A stretch of 64,000 nt of DNA, from NCBI GenBank assembly GCA_951406725.2, contig OX597814.1, positions 36,704,001-36,768,000 on the forward strand, written 5' to 3'. Each line of letters starts with the position of its first letter. Position 1 is the stretch's first letter. The notes beneath the pieces were generated by a model, which had not been told where the DNA came from, searched no databases, and saw only the letters and a list, made by a program, of their open reading frames with translations. Below, one piece after another: positions 13,338-27,884 of this stretch. A program made the position numbers and the translations under genes. The stretch comes from Octopus vulgaris. Its lineage: Eukaryota.

Positions 13338-16300
13338 ATGCCACCCAAGAAGAGAAGGACCCTCCTCAGCCCTCGGACGTTCAAGGCATCGGCTGCTAGG
13401 GCTAGAAGGGCACGCGAGACCCACGAGGAAACCGCCTTGCGCCTCTCGCAAAAAGCTTCCCGTTATGCCGCTGCTCAGGCATCTGAAACTACTAGCGAAC
13501 GTTCTACCCGACTTACAAGGGCCGCAGCGTACTGATCTTCCTTCCGCTCGAGGTTGACGAAAGAGCAACAGTCCAGCCAAAACATGCAGGCTTCTTCCTG
13601 TGCTTCCATCCGCAGAGCTCGCGAGAACCCCGAACAAAGGGCCATTCGGAATGCAGCTAACGCCGCTAGCGCCTCCAGGACACAATCTGTCGAAACCTCA
13701 CAGCAGAGGAAAACTCACCAAACTGCTAACGCCGCAAACACAGCCATGGCCCGATCTGTCGAAACACCTCAACAGAAGAGAGCTCGCCAAGCTGCTGACG
13801 CCGCAAACACAGCCATGGCCCGATCTGCCGAAGCACCTCAACAGAGGAGAGCTCGCCAAGCTGCTAACGCCGCAAACATAGCCATGGCTCGATCTGCCGA
13901 AACTCCAGACCAACGAACTATTCGGACATCCAGAGATGCCATTAACACTGCTTCTGTTAGGGCTTCAGAGGGTGCTGAGGCGAGAGCTGAAAGGCTTTCA
14001 AGATATGCCACTGCTACCGCTGTCGCACGCGCATCTCAATTTGCTGAGCCACGGCGCACTCGACTTGAGAGTATCAACAAACGTTGGGATATCATTCGTG
14101 GTGTACGTACCCTTGCCCCCGCTTTCTGGTCGTCACTAGCATTCAACTATGACGCCACAATCAACTTCTCCTTGCGTGACGACATCAAGATAGGGTCAAT
14201 GACAATTGTATGCCAGTTTTGCAAAGCCAAGAAATGGCCCGGAGAGCCACCTGGTTTGTGCTGCTCTGGTGGCAAAGTGGACCTGCCACCCCTACGGGAA
14301 CCACCTCAACCACTGAAGGATCTCGCGGCGGGTTTAACCCCCGAATCGTCACAATTCCTTGAAATCATTCGAAAGTACAACTGCTCATTCCAAATGACTT
14401 CTTTCGGGGCCAAAATTCCTCCTAGAGAAGGCTGGATGCCTACTTACAAAGTGCAGGGACAGGTCTATCATCTTATTGGGTCACTTCTGCCAGACGAAAT
14501 TCAGCAGTCTTCTTTCCTCCAAATCTACTTCATTGCCGACTACAACCAGCAGGTTGATGTACGCCTTGGAATAATACCGGGTACATGCTATGTTCCCCGC
14601 AAAGATGTTCTTCTCCGTCTCCAAACCATGCTTCATGATATCAACAGCTACGTCTGCAGCTTCAGGTATGCCTTGGACAGTGCTCCATCTCCAAACTTCA
14701 CCGTTGTCATTGATGCTGATAAACGGCCCCACGGGGAGCACGAACGCCGTTCAACGCACCTGCGTGCAATGAAATTGCCGCAGTCATACACGGAGAGCAA
14801 CACAACAGCCGTGACATAATCATCTCCCCCCGTGGTAACAGCCTACGCAGGATCAGCGGGACTCACAGATCTTATGACGCGCTTCAGTATCCATTGCTTT
14901 TCCCTTATGGGGAAAACGGCTACCACTTCGGAATTCCTTTACGGCAGCCCTCCAATCAAACTACTGCGGAATCAAAGACGGTTTCCTGCAGGGCGTTCTA
15001 CTCATACCCGTTCATGGTCAGGGAGGGTGAGTTCAACTTATTGCCCCGTTGTCGTCAGCTATTCAACCAGTTCGCCGTCGACATGGCCGCCAAAATGGAA
15101 TCGGAAAGGCTGCTATACATTAAACTTAATCAGACCAAACTTCGCTCCGACTCCTACATTCATCTCCGTGACGGCTTGCAACAAGAAACTGACCCTCGCA
15201 ACATCGGCAAGCCATGCATTCTACCCTCCACCTTCACGGGAGGACCGCGATATATGCGTGAAAGGACCCAAGACGCCTTGACCTACGTGCGCATTTACGG
15301 CCGGCCGGACCTCTTTATCACCTACACGTGCCATCCCAACTGCGACGAAATCTCTCGCGAACTCCTCCCGGGTCAGTCTCACACCCATCGACACGACACC
15401 GTTGCTAGGGTTTTCCGTCTGAATTTGGGCAAAATGATGGATTTGATAGTTAAGGGTCAGATTTTCGAGCATGTCAGGTGCCACATGCTTTCGGTCGAGT
15501 GGCAAAAGCGGGGCTTCCCACATGCTCACATATTAATTTGGCTAACTAATAAAATCGAGACTAATGACATTGACAAATTTATTTCCGCCGAGATTCCTGA
15601 CCCCGATGAGGACCCCGAACTGTACGAAATTGTCCACACTACCATGGTACACGGCCCTGTGGACCAATTTACGCCAACACACCATGCTGCAAAAACGGAT
15701 TAGCCTGCTCAAAGGGATTCTCTAAACAGTTCACTTTGGAGACTCAAACAGGCGGCGATGGGTATCCGCTGTACAAACGAAGGAGTCCAGCCAATAGAGG
15801 CTGCACGATTACGGTTGGGCGACATCAAGTGGACAACAGCTACATTGTCCCCTACTGTCCTCTCCTGTCGAAGATATTCAAAGCCCACGTCAACGTTAAG
15901 TTCTGCAGCTCCATCAGGTCAATACAATATGTCTGCAAACATATCAATAAGGGCAGCGATGCTGCCATGTTCAGCATCCAGAGGGCCACCAGTCGCGACG
16001 AAGTGTCCAACTACTTGGCAGGCCGGTACCTCAGCAGCAACGAAGCGTTTTGGCGCATTTACGGCTTCTCGCTCCATCAGAGACACCCGGGTGTGGTGCA
16101 GCTTGCTGTACACTTGGGAAATGGACAGCGGATTTACTTCACAGAGCAAAGTGCTGCGCAGGTAGCCACCAACCCTAAAGGCACAACGTTGACCGATTTC
16201 TTCAAATTATGCCAACGTGATGACTTCGCTCGAACGCTTTTGTACCCACAGGTTTCCATCGTACTTCGTGTGGTCTAACAACACCTGGGTTCGACGGAAA

Positions 16301-18310
16301 TCCGGCAAAAACGTCGAAGGCTTCCCAGGCGTCAAGTTTGACTCCTGCCTGGGTCGAGTTTACAACATCCCGCCAAACCAGCAAGAATGCTTCTACCTCC
16401 GTCTCCTTCTACATGAGGTCACTGGTCCAACAGGTTTCGGCAATATACGTACCGTCAATGGGGTTCTGTGCGACACCTTCAGGGAAGCATGTATGAAACT
16501 TGGCCTTCTAGAGGATGACTCCCAGTGGGACGCCACTATGGCAGAGGACGCTATACTGCAAACGCCTTCGGCCCTACGTCATGTTTTCGCAATCCTTCTT
16601 CAAAAATGTCAGCTTAGTGACCCACTAAGTCTCTGGATGAAATACAGGGATGACATGTCGCAGTACTTCTTACGTAGGGCTCAGCAACACTGCCCTTCCG
16701 CCTAGATCACGTTCACCAACTTCATTTACAATTTTGCGCTTATTCAACTCGAAGACGCTCTCATCGATATGGGTGGCTCTGCTTTAACAGAGTACGGCCT
16801 TCCACCACCCACACGTGAACACGCCAATGTTATATCTGCTGAATTGTTATACGAAACTTCCTACTGCATTGAGGAACTGCACCAGTACGTCCAAAATAAT
16901 GAACCACGACTGTTTCCAGACCAGCGCATAGCCTACAACACCATCGTAGACTGTGTCAGACAGCGACGTGGGGGGATTTACTTCCTTGACGCACCTGGCG
17001 GCACTGGCAAAACCTTCGTCACGAAACTAATTCTGGCAGGTCAGACGCAAGACGGACATTGCCCTGGCTGTAATTTCCTCTGGTATTCGCGGCCACGTTG
17101 CTTCCGGGTGGCAGAACCGCCCACTCTGCTTTCAGACTCCCGCTCGATCTGGCAAAGTCCGAGTCACCTCTCTGCAACATCGCCAAGAACTCAGAACAGG
17201 CCGACATTCTGCGCAGATGCAAACTCATCGTATGTGATGAGTGCACTATGGCACACAAAGGCGCCCTTGAGGCACTGGACAGGTCCCTGCAAGACATCAG
17301 AGAATCTACGGCCCCCATGGAAGATTGACTTTACTTCTTTCAGGAGACTTCAGGCAGACTCTACCTGTTATTCCAAAAGGAACCCGTGCCGATGCCGTGC
17401 GCGCGTGCCTTAAGTCGTCAGCTCTTTGGGAACATGTGCGGCCCTTGCACCTCCCAACTAACATGCGCGCGCAGTTGATTGGTGACAGCGGATCAGCTGC
17501 ATTCTCCAGGGATCTTTTATCGCTCGGTGAAAATGGGATGCCGGCTGATGCGGATGGCTGCGTTCAATTGGACTCACTTTGCACCACTGTCGACACCCCT
17601 GCTAGCCTCCGGGACGCTGTCTTCCACGACCTACAAAACAACTTACGCGATGTAAAATGGCTGGCAGGCAGAGCTATTCTCGCATCCCAAAATACAACCG
17701 TCAACTCCATCAATATCCAGCTACTTGAAGCTATTCCTGGTGATGTCCACGTCTACAAATCTATAGGTAGGACAGCAGACCCCGCCGAGCTTGCCGATTA
17801 TCCTGTTGAATTCCTGAATTCACTTGAACCGCCATGCCTGCCGCCACACATCCTAAAGTTAAAAGTCGGTGCGCCCATTATGCTCATCAGGAATTTGGTT
17901 CCACCTAAACAGTGCAACGGCACACGTCTGGTTGTGAAACATTTGGCACCACATTTAATAACGGCCACAATACTTACCGGTTGTGGGAAGGGAGAGGACG
18001 TCTTCATTCCACGAATGCACCTTCAACCGTCGGGCGCTGACCTACCAATCCACTTCAGGCGTTCTCAGTTTCCTGTTAAAGTCTGCTTCGCAATGTCCAT
18101 CAATAAATCCCAACGCTACAAGTCGCTGGGTTACATTTGGGCGAACAGTGCTTCGCCCACGGTCAACTCTACGTGGGCTATTCACGCGTTGGGAGGCGCA
18201 ATGATGTTTTCATGTTTTCGCCCAAAGGGACAGCTAGGAACATCGTATACACAGAAGTATTCGAGTCCAGAGAAGACACTGCAACCTACACATGCGCCTT
18301 CGTTCCCTAG
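13338..18310 (+). pseudogene. Helitron Rep/Pif1-like helicase (RepHel), disabled by 2 in-frame stops and at least 6 frameshifts
   Basis: CxxC..CC zinc region, PDLFITYTCHP, VEWQKRGFPHAHIL (HUH), YVCKHINKG, Walker A DAPGGTGKT, VCDEC, SGDFRQTLPV, CNGTR, QFPVKVCFAMSINKSQ, HGQLYVGYSRV; stops at 13533 and 16703. Confidence 0.95.
13416..14105 (+). repeat. Ten in-frame 69-bp/23-aa repeats (STPR-like) in the RepHel N-terminus
   Basis: ETHEETALRL.., ETTSERSTRL.., ENPEQRAIRN.., ETPQQKRARQ.., EAPQQRRARQ.., ETPDQRTIRT.. at exact 23-residue spacing. Confidence 0.85.
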
Positions 18311-20273
18311 AAGGAAAGGACTAGATTGGGATTAGTCGTTGCCTACTAGGGGCTCTTACATACCCGGGCAACGCCGAGCTATGCTGCTAGTATATATATA
18401 AGACAGCTCAGTCTCGTCGGTAATTCGTCACATGAATTCTTTCGACTACGCACAGACTTTATTCTATGTTACGCCTCTTGTTCATATTCTGTTAAATCAT
18501 TAGCCGTTTTTATTTGATTGCACACTAAGAGAAGCATCAAACAGCTTTTCAATATGTCTGTTGAAGGCAAGACAGTGAAATATTTACCTATTACCGACCA
18601 CTCAAATCATACCTAGTAATTATCAGTTATTTTTCGCCAACTAAAAAAGAAACCTTTGTGTAGCAATATAAAGCTGATTTCCATTTTCAAAATCAAGTGC
18701 AATTTTGTCAACCTTTATTTAGAATGAGATCTACACCCTTGAGGGGACTTTCGAACATTGAGTTTCTCTGGGATATGAAGCTGGAGCAGGTGCCACGTTT
18801 GAAAGACTAAGAAGTGTTTAATTAGTTTCTTCTTTAACTTATCGTGACGCACAGAATTCATCGAGCCGGTAATAAGGCTACAGGCTGCCTATAAGATATC
18901 CGATAGGAGCGAACTGGCAATATATAGAATCGTGTAACTTCAGATGTAATCCCAGTTTGGCAGGAGCAGAGCCATAATCTGGAGAACATAGAGAGCCGTT
19001 CATTGGTCCAAACAGCGAGGAATTTTGAAGGTTAATGGGTTATGTAAACCCCACTTTTGGATATGAAGATTATATGTCATATCCATAATAAGTATGTCAA
19101 CAATATCTAGTCTGTAAAGATGCCGAGTATTCATCGGTGGGTTTTGTGTTAGCATGTGTCTAGCCGTAAGTACATGTTACTGACAGCGCCCAACATGGCA
19201 GGAAAGGGTATCAAGTATTGCCACTGAAGCTGCAGGACGATGTTCGTCTGTTATTGATATATTTGTGTTTCTAAACAGAAATACGTCCATAAAACGTATT
19301 ATCTCGCGACGAATATCACAGTTAATTTGCTTTGTTTTCGATGCTTCTGCTTAAAGTATGATACACATCTCTCTTTCCCTCTCTCTCTTTGTCTCTCTCT
19401 ACACACACTTGCGTATGCACACACCCATGCATGCGTGTATGTATGTGTGTACGTATATATGTATATATGTATGCATGTATGTATGTATGTATGTATGTAT
19501 GTATGTATGTATGTATGTGTCCTTAGTAAAGTATGTTAGTCCTGATGGATCTGAACAAGAGATAAGAAAGTACTCTACAGAGAGAGGGCAGCAGCAGTAA
19601 GTGGTTAAGTAAGAAATTTACAATAAAATATTTACCTACAATCTCGTTTAAATTTACGATGAATGTTTATGAGCAAAATAATATGATATATAGCAAATTT
19701 TAGAATAGCTAAACATTTTTTAGGAGACTTGTTAATATGTCTGTGTGAAACATTTTCATGAGAATATTTAATGTGCTATAATATATAGGTCATGAAAATA
19801 GATAATGACCTGTAACAAACTTTGTTCAAGTCGATAACTGTGTCGGTATAAAACATTATTTATGAATACATTATCCTAGTCATCTCATGAACATGTTTTT
19901 GTGTACGATGTGTACGAGAGTTGTGTTATAATTCTGAAAGCTTGTAATTTGACGTGGCATAGATTCGTTATATGCAGCTTCAATTAAAAGCTGAATAACC
20001 GCATATGTTTTATTACTGAGGGAACTGAAATCCACTTTGAGACCTACGGAAGTGCTAAAATATCTGATCCCAATTGCGTACGACAGGATTACGTACTTTG
20101 GTTCACAAAAATTTCAATATCTGGCTTGGGGTAATACATCGAAAAGTCCTTTGCTTTTTCTATAAAAAATCTATCTACGAAACGACTGAACTAATGAAGA
20201 TACACACTGAATCAGTTTTAAAATATTGCGTTTCAATGCACTGAGATACTGACGACAATGAGATGCGCTGCCT

Positions 20274-20304
<31 letters not shown>

Positions 20305-20512
20305 TTCTTTACTACCCACAAGGGGCTAAACACAGAGGGGTCAAACAAGGACAGACAAAGGGATTAAGTCGATTACATCGACCCCAGTGCGTAACTGGTA
20401 CTTAATTTATCGACCCCGAAAGGATGAAAGGCAAAGTCGAGCTCGGCGGAATTTGAACTCGGAACATAACGACAGACGAAATACGGCTACGCATTTCGCC
20501 CGGCGTGCTAAC

Positions 20513-20513
<1 letters not shown>
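20305..20513 (-). mobile_element. SINE family 2
   Basis: Reverse complement matches about 46063-46275. Confidence 0.8.
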
Positions 20514-20549
<36 letters not shown>

Positions 20550-20574
20550 TGCATACATATATACGTATATGTAT

Positions 20575-20663
<89 letters not shown>

Positions 20664-20677
20664 CAAAATATATATAT

Positions 20678-21072
20678 ATGGCAGACGCAAGAGAGATTTA
20701 AAGAAGAATATTACGATCAAGACGTGAATCATAACGTTTTGTGTGCACAGTTTGTGACAGACCATACCTTTCTTTTGCTGAGATCAAAATCTCATTTACG
20801 AACCTATGGAAAACGAACTTCCTATATGTCTGTGTGCATCACCTTTCAATGCAATGTATGCGAGAAGGTCTACAAATCTAACGGAGGCTTCAAAAGACAA
20901 TTTAAGGATCAGACCTTAACTGCAGCTCTTGGTGGTCCAAATGGATATGCAATCTATGTGGGTGTCTTTTGAAAACATTGTCTGATTTAAAAAGCCACAA
21001 CAGATGCCATGATGGTTCTAAGGTGTACGTAGAGGAGGTAGTCAGACTCTGCATAAGGAGTAGACAACCACC
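20678..21072 (+). mobile_element. Probable LINE (RTE-like) 3' end with decayed C2H2-like zinc-finger repeats
   Basis: CTVCDRPY, FQCNVCEKVYKSNGGFKR and CNLCG motifs broken by frameshifts. Confidence 0.4.
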
Positions 21073-21083
21073 ATATATACATA

Positions 21084-21343
21084 TAACGTGGAGTAGATAA
21101 AACAGTGGACAACTGATGAAGGAAATGTTCTTTATGTTGCCTGTCTCGTTTCTCTATTTGTTTCTTTCGTTGTTCGAAAAAGAGTTCGTTTTCTATGCTT
21201 TTGTTGTTTATGTTCTCGTTTCTCATTTTGTTCACGTTTTTGTTGACGTCCTGTCCCCATATATGCATGTATATATACATATATATGTAGGTATGTACAT
21301 ATATGTCTGTATACATACATATAGTTTTATATTTAATTTATTA

Positions 21344-21348
<5 letters not shown>
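21084..21348 (+). mobile_element. Penelope pLTR-like repeat family B, 5'-truncated copy with GGACAA-CTGATGA
   Basis: Homologous to the reverse complement of about 27895-28147; tail resembles the family A tail; ends in (TA)n. Confidence 0.55.
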
Positions 21349-21389
<41 letters not shown>

Positions 21390-21465
21390 TATATATAAAG
21401 TAAAGAAACAAACGAAGTTTGCTTTAGAAGTGTTGAGATGTCTTCTTAAACATTCTAAGACAATC

Positions 21466-21513
<48 letters not shown>

Positions 21514-22059
21514 GTAGTTGCTGCAAACTCATGTTCCAGTATCGCCATCGCCTGATCGAAAATCCCACGTATGCTAAGGCTATGACCAGCCATTTTTGTG
21601 AAAGCTCTTACATTTTTTCAAGGGATGCCTGTGCATGCTGATTTTTTACGACGCGGAAAGGATTTGCACAAATCCAATCTCACTCTCTGAACATGGACAA
21701 CAAAACCTCGAAAAGAAGAACTGGTCTACATCAGCGGATTTTGTCAGTGTCGCGGGTTTTCTTTTAGAATTTCCTTCTCGTAAAACACGTGGCAATAACA
21801 AAGAGGCCTCCCACTCACAGTGAGCCAAGCGCGCGCCTGGACAACAACCCAGGTAGGTGTACGTCTCCGCGCATATATACATGCATACATACATATGTAC
21901 ATATATTTTTGGATGGCCGTTGACTGCATACGAACTCTTCCGCCCTTTGACAAGTCTTATATTTCGTCCTGCAGGGTGTCCGACAATCGCACATACACAC
22001 ACACATTCAAACACACACTCACACACGCAAACACGCACACACACACATCTATATATATA

Positions 22060-22218
22060 GAGGTACATGTGTAGCTGCGTGTTAAGCTTCCTTTCCAACC
22101 GCATGGTTCCAGGTTAACTCCTACTGCGTGGCACCTTGGGCAAATACCTTCTACTATAGTCTCGGTCCGACTAAAGTCTTATGAGCCGATATGGTGGACA
22201 GAAACTGAAAGAATCCCG

Positions 22219-22261
<43 letters not shown>

Positions 22262-22526
22262 GTATATATATGTGTGTGTGTGTTAGTGTGTGCGTGTGTG
22301 CGTATGGATTTAAGTTTTTGTTTTCCTCCCACCATCTCTTGACAGCCAGTGTTATTGAATATACGTACCCGTAACTTAGCGGTTCGGCAAAAATGACCGA
22401 TAGAATAAGTACTAAGCTTACAAAGAATAAATCCTGGTGTAGATTTGTTTGACTAAAACTTTTTTAGGCGGTGCTCCAGCATGACTCCAGTCAAATGATT
22501 GAAACAAGTAAAACAATGTAAGAAGA
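22060..22526 (+). mobile_element. SINE family 1 with internal TA/TG microsatellite
   Basis: Homologous to the 9147 and 45383 copies along head and tail. Confidence 0.8.
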
Positions 22527-22582
22527 TATATGTATTTTCTTATATATATATATACATATATAGATGTACACACACAAATACT

Positions 22583-22639
<57 letters not shown>

Positions 22640-23080
22640 ATATATATAAATTTATGTATATATACATCTATATATACTTGTATTCATGTGTGCATTGGTG
22701 TGTGTGTGGGGTGGGTGGGGGTGAGAATGTGTGCTTGTGTTAATGTTTCTCTGTATGTATATGTGCGCAGGTTGCAAATTAACGACGAAAATAATGACAT
22801 CACGAAACAAAATGCATGCGAATTATAATTATGCGAATGATAGTGAATGCAATAAAAGTGTCCTTGGTATTTCGGGCGTATGGCTCTCGTCAGAAAATCA
22901 GATAGTTTGAAGAATAAAACTTTTAACGGAAGCAAGGATTAAAACGGGAATAACGAATAAAAATAGAATTTTGTTTTATTTTTGCATCAAGTACATACCA
23001 AAATTGGGTTACATAAAGATGGACATACACACAGATACACGCAAACACTTGTATATGCATGCATGCATGTATGTATATAT

Positions 23081-23150
<70 letters not shown>

Positions 23151-25134
23151 CGTTCTTTCTCTCACTCTCTCTCTCTCTTAGTGTGTGTATGTTTGTATGT
23201 GTGTACGTGTGAGATACAGACGAACAAGTGAAAATGTCAGGAAAACGCAAAAAATAAAATGTTTTAATTTATCGATTGATATATTCTTAATACGAATAAT
23301 TTTTACGTCTTATACACTTAGATTTACCATTTACAATCTCATGACACTCCTATTTTCACAATATATTTAGTACCACACCCTCTCTATATCTTTCCCATCA
23401 TCATCGTCATCATCGTCATTTTCATAATCATCATCACCGACATTATCGTCGTGGTCATCATAGTCCTCCTCCACATCATCATCATCATCATCATCATCAC
23501 CATCATCATTCATAAGAATGACAGCGTCAACACAAAGTACAAAGTCCTAAATGGTGGTGGTAGTGATGATGACGGCAACGACGACGATTTTGATGATAAT
23601 AATATGATGACGATGACAACGACGACGACGTTGATGATAATGCTGATCTTTCTCATCATGAATGTGAATACTAAGTTGCATCGTTACTTTGAAAACCCGT
23701 GTTTTCTTCATAAATGTATTTTTATCATTAGTGCTATTAGTATTGTCACTTTTATAATTACTGTAACTGTTTGTTGAATCTCTTGATGTTTTTCATTATT
23801 AATATTTATGATGCTTTCTCATCGCTTATCTTTGCTATAACCCTGAATGTCAGCATTCGCTTGTGAGTCTTCCTCCCATTGTGTGATAGTATTTTCTTAT
23901 AGTACTATCTATTTCCGAATTGCTGATAATGATAATGGAGTCGTTGCTATTGCAGTTATTATTGTTACAGTTATTGATTACTTTGCTAACCAACATGCTA
24001 TGTTACAGGAAATATCTGACCAGATTACAGTTTATGTTGCCTTTATTTAACTTCTTGTGGATGCGACGAGTTCAATACATAGGAGATTCATCTGCTGCGA
24101 ATGTCAATTCCTAAGGGGTTTTATGATCGTATTGTTGTTGATGTGCAAACACGCACTAATGCTGATGCATCAAATGAGATTCGTATGAAGTCTTCAATTA
24201 ATGGATGATATCCGTTGCTGGTGGCTGAGAAATAGCAGCTGTTTGAGGTCATTTGTAGACTGAGGTTAGACACATTACATCTGGAAAGTTGAAAAATGCA
24301 GAATATGCTGTGAAGATACAGTTTATTATATTACAAAGATACATCTGATCGCACCGTAAAGGTACAGCTGTATTTACCCTAAAAATCCAACTATTGACTA
24401 CCTTTGGCACAGCATAATGCAAAGTACTACTCTGCCTTTAAATACGGTAAAGAAAGCTGCGTGAAGGAACAATTAAGAAGTTTAAGGAGTGGATTTTTCC
24501 ACTTAAATCAGTCATTTATCAAATTCTTCAAATAAAACTTGAAAAGGAAGATAAGAGTAGAATGAGATTTACTGCAACCCATTTTATCTAAGAGAAGTGC
24601 TGATTGTGACAAAATCGTGGACGGAACTGAAGATGACAATTGCAGAACGCGTGTCACACTTAATCCAGGATCGTGTCTAATGACATACGATTTGTTCCAT
24701 ATTGTTGTGATCACGTTTTTTTTGGGGGGGGGGCACTCTAATTTATTTTGTTATTGTAATTGTTAATGTGATTTTCACGCCATTGCTGATTTCACCTTTA
24801 TACACAATGAAAATCAGCCCCACTGTTTCTTTGTTGCTTATATTATTGTATTTCACCTTTGCACTGACGCCAACATATTGAGGTCTTCTGGACAATAAAA
24901 GAAATTATTATTGTTATTTATATCTGAAGAAGAAGGCTTATAGCAAATTGTCCAATGAAATAGTTTTATTATTCTCCTTTATTGACTATTTAAATTATAT
25001 GGCATTTCAGAAATAAAGAAAGCTGAAATGCTTCAAGGAGAAGTTAGACGGATAGATAGATGTCTTACGGTACAGCTCTCTTTCTATTTCTTTCTCTGTC
25101 CGCTGACCTGTCTACGATTATATACATCCTACAT

Positions 25135-25135
25135 T

Positions 25136-25216
<81 letters not shown>

Positions 25217-25222
25217 GTACCA

Positions 25223-25292
<70 letters not shown>
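25135..25292. repeat. (TATC)n microsatellite (another at about 23083-23146)
   Basis: Direct. Confidence 0.95.
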
Positions 25293-25800
25293 AAATCCAC
25301 ACGTCTCTCAAGCTATCTCTCCCTCTACATTATATATCACACTATTCACCTACTACTCTCTTACTCTCTCAGTTTTTCTCTGTTTGTATATGTATGACTG
25401 CGTGTGTGAATGTACGTGGGTGTGCGCGCATATGTGTGCATATATTATCGATAGACTGTTGTAAGAATTCTACCGATACAATCATGTAATGCAATACCTG
25501 TTAGGCAAAAGAAGAACAAAGAAAAAAGTATTCTCCAAGATTACTATCAGCCTTCAATTCTTATCTGATCTCAATTTCTATGTCAACACTATGAATACAA
25601 ACACTTTATTTTCGAAATGAACTCTGAACCAGTATGATTTATTTCACTTCACAAATATGAGTCCACAATCAAGTTTAAATTTGATAATTGCACTAGCAAG
25701 TCGTTTGAGTGGAATCACAGTTGTAATTGAAGACTACGATTATTTTGCTTAAAAAAAAATACCAGCTGCAACACACGCATATGCACGCGCGCGCACACAC

Positions 25801-25837
<37 letters not shown>

Positions 25838-26015
25838 CATTCTCGTTTTGGAATATTTCCAATCACACAGATAAAACTATAAATAATGGCATGTAAATAC
25901 TAGGTTGAAAAACACTTGTAGAATTAAAAAGGTCAAAGGTCGCCCATGGGATTCGGACACCAACCTCCTATAGACCTGTAAGTGTGGCACGAATCAGAAT
26001 ACACCACCACACCAG

Positions 26016-26046
<31 letters not shown>

Positions 26047-27157
26047 GCACGAATACGCACACACCAATGCACACACCAGACGTCCTCAAATATCGAAGTT
26101 TTGCATACGCATACACCAGTCACATATGAGCACACACCAATGCACACAAGTTTTGCATACGCATACACTGTATTGTAAACATGCATGCACTCGTTCATGT
26201 ATAAACGCACTCCTGCATATATACACAAATACAGAGACATACATATACATGCGTGACAAGTATATTCATACGTAAACACACGCAGGGATGCATGCCAAGC
26301 ACATACGCACACTTATATTACACGCAACAAATACTAACGCACACGTATACGCAAACATACCCGCATACAATCACATGCTTAGACATATATACACACAGTA
26401 GATACTAATCTGCACAGATAACTTCTTGTGGATGCGACGAATTCAATACATAGGAGATTCATCTGCTGCGAATGTTGAGCACACATGCACATATTTACCA
26501 ACGAGGCGATTTTGTAAGTTTACACATGCACAGGCACACAGTAAATACACATGCACACAAGATACATACCCTCACACAATCATGCACCATGTATACTTAA
26601 ACATCTAGACAAACAAATGGTGTAGCTGGCAATTCTCACTCCGTTAACCAGACTGCCAAGCGCCATGTCCAACTATGAGGACCTAGAAACATAGATTAGG
26701 ATTTCTATCTGGTGACACATCTATATCAGTATCAATATCAACAACCCAATATGACCTGTCTTATATAATAGCAGCCCAGTCTCCAGTTCACGTAAATAAA
26801 TCTTCAAGTTGCATGGAGCTAAGTGAAACTCCTATTCGATAAAATGCACACACAGACATACACACTTGTCCCCCCCCACCACCACAAATACAAAATGGAG
26901 ATCGTTGCGCCAAAATCGTATAAGTGACTATGATTCAACCAGCAAAATAGGCTTAGGGATACAAGGTAAAGGATAAAAGCGGTTGCAAATATGCCACCTG
27001 CACTCACTCGTAATCCTCGTACATGCAACATCAGCGGGCTTCTTTGTAAATCATTGGAGGGACTCAAATGTCACATTCAACATAAGCATTGTGGCTGACA
27101 AAGTGAGTGTAGGCTGTCGGACCCTCATACGGCAAAACCGAAGGGAGTGTCTATCAA

Positions 27158-27195
<38 letters not shown>

Positions 27196-27686
27196 ATATA
27201 TATGTAGGTTTGTATGTATGTATGTATGTATGTATGTATGTATGTATGTATGTAGGTAGGTATAGATGAATAGATAGATAAGCGGAGTGAAAATGCGAAG
27301 TAGTGATGTGTATAAATACAAACTTGTTACCAGTTCTAATATGCTTGAGACAAAATCGAACTCGTGTGAAAGCAACTCACTGTATTGTATCATGGAGAAA
27401 TCTTCGTTTGTAGACAAGTAGATGCAAATACACCGCGTCAGCTCCCGGTTCCACCGAACCAGATGTATGATGCATGCATATCGGAGTGATTATCTGCTCT
27501 TCAGTCACTCAGAGGGTAAAGAAGACACTGCAAACTGACACACCGAAAGTGTCCTTCTCATAATATTTCCATTACTGTTCTATGACCAGTTGCGCTGTTC
27601 GGCAGCTCACCGTAAATATATATATATATATATATATATATACGTATATCAATTAGAAATTTTATTTAATTTATACTCATACACAC

Positions 27687-27807
27687 ATGCAACATAAAGA
27701 ACATTCCGTTCATTAGTTATCCCTTGTTTTATCTCCTCCGCGTTTCGAAGGTAAGGCCAAACACGACTTCGTTCAAACAGTCCTTCCCACAAAGCAAATT
27801 AAATAAA

Positions 27808-27884
<77 letters not shown>

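Larger units (their letters stand above)
12264..18390 (+). mobile_element. Full-length Helitron rolling-circle transposon (6127 bp)
   Basis: 5' A|TCTCTCTATATAAA at 12264; 3' GC-rich hairpin cccgggcaacgccgag (18363-18378) then CTAG|T at 18387-18391; encloses the RepHel ORF. Confidence 0.93.

Noticed and set aside
13690-13920. Regularly spaced repeats suggestive of a CRISPR array
   Set aside because: Contiguous in-frame 69-bp coding repeats with no unique spacers, in eukaryotic context and with no cas genes
25930-25942. AGGTCA-A-AGGTCG DR1 nuclear-receptor-like site next to a possible splice donor
   Set aside because: A single short motif with no linked gene or conservation evidence
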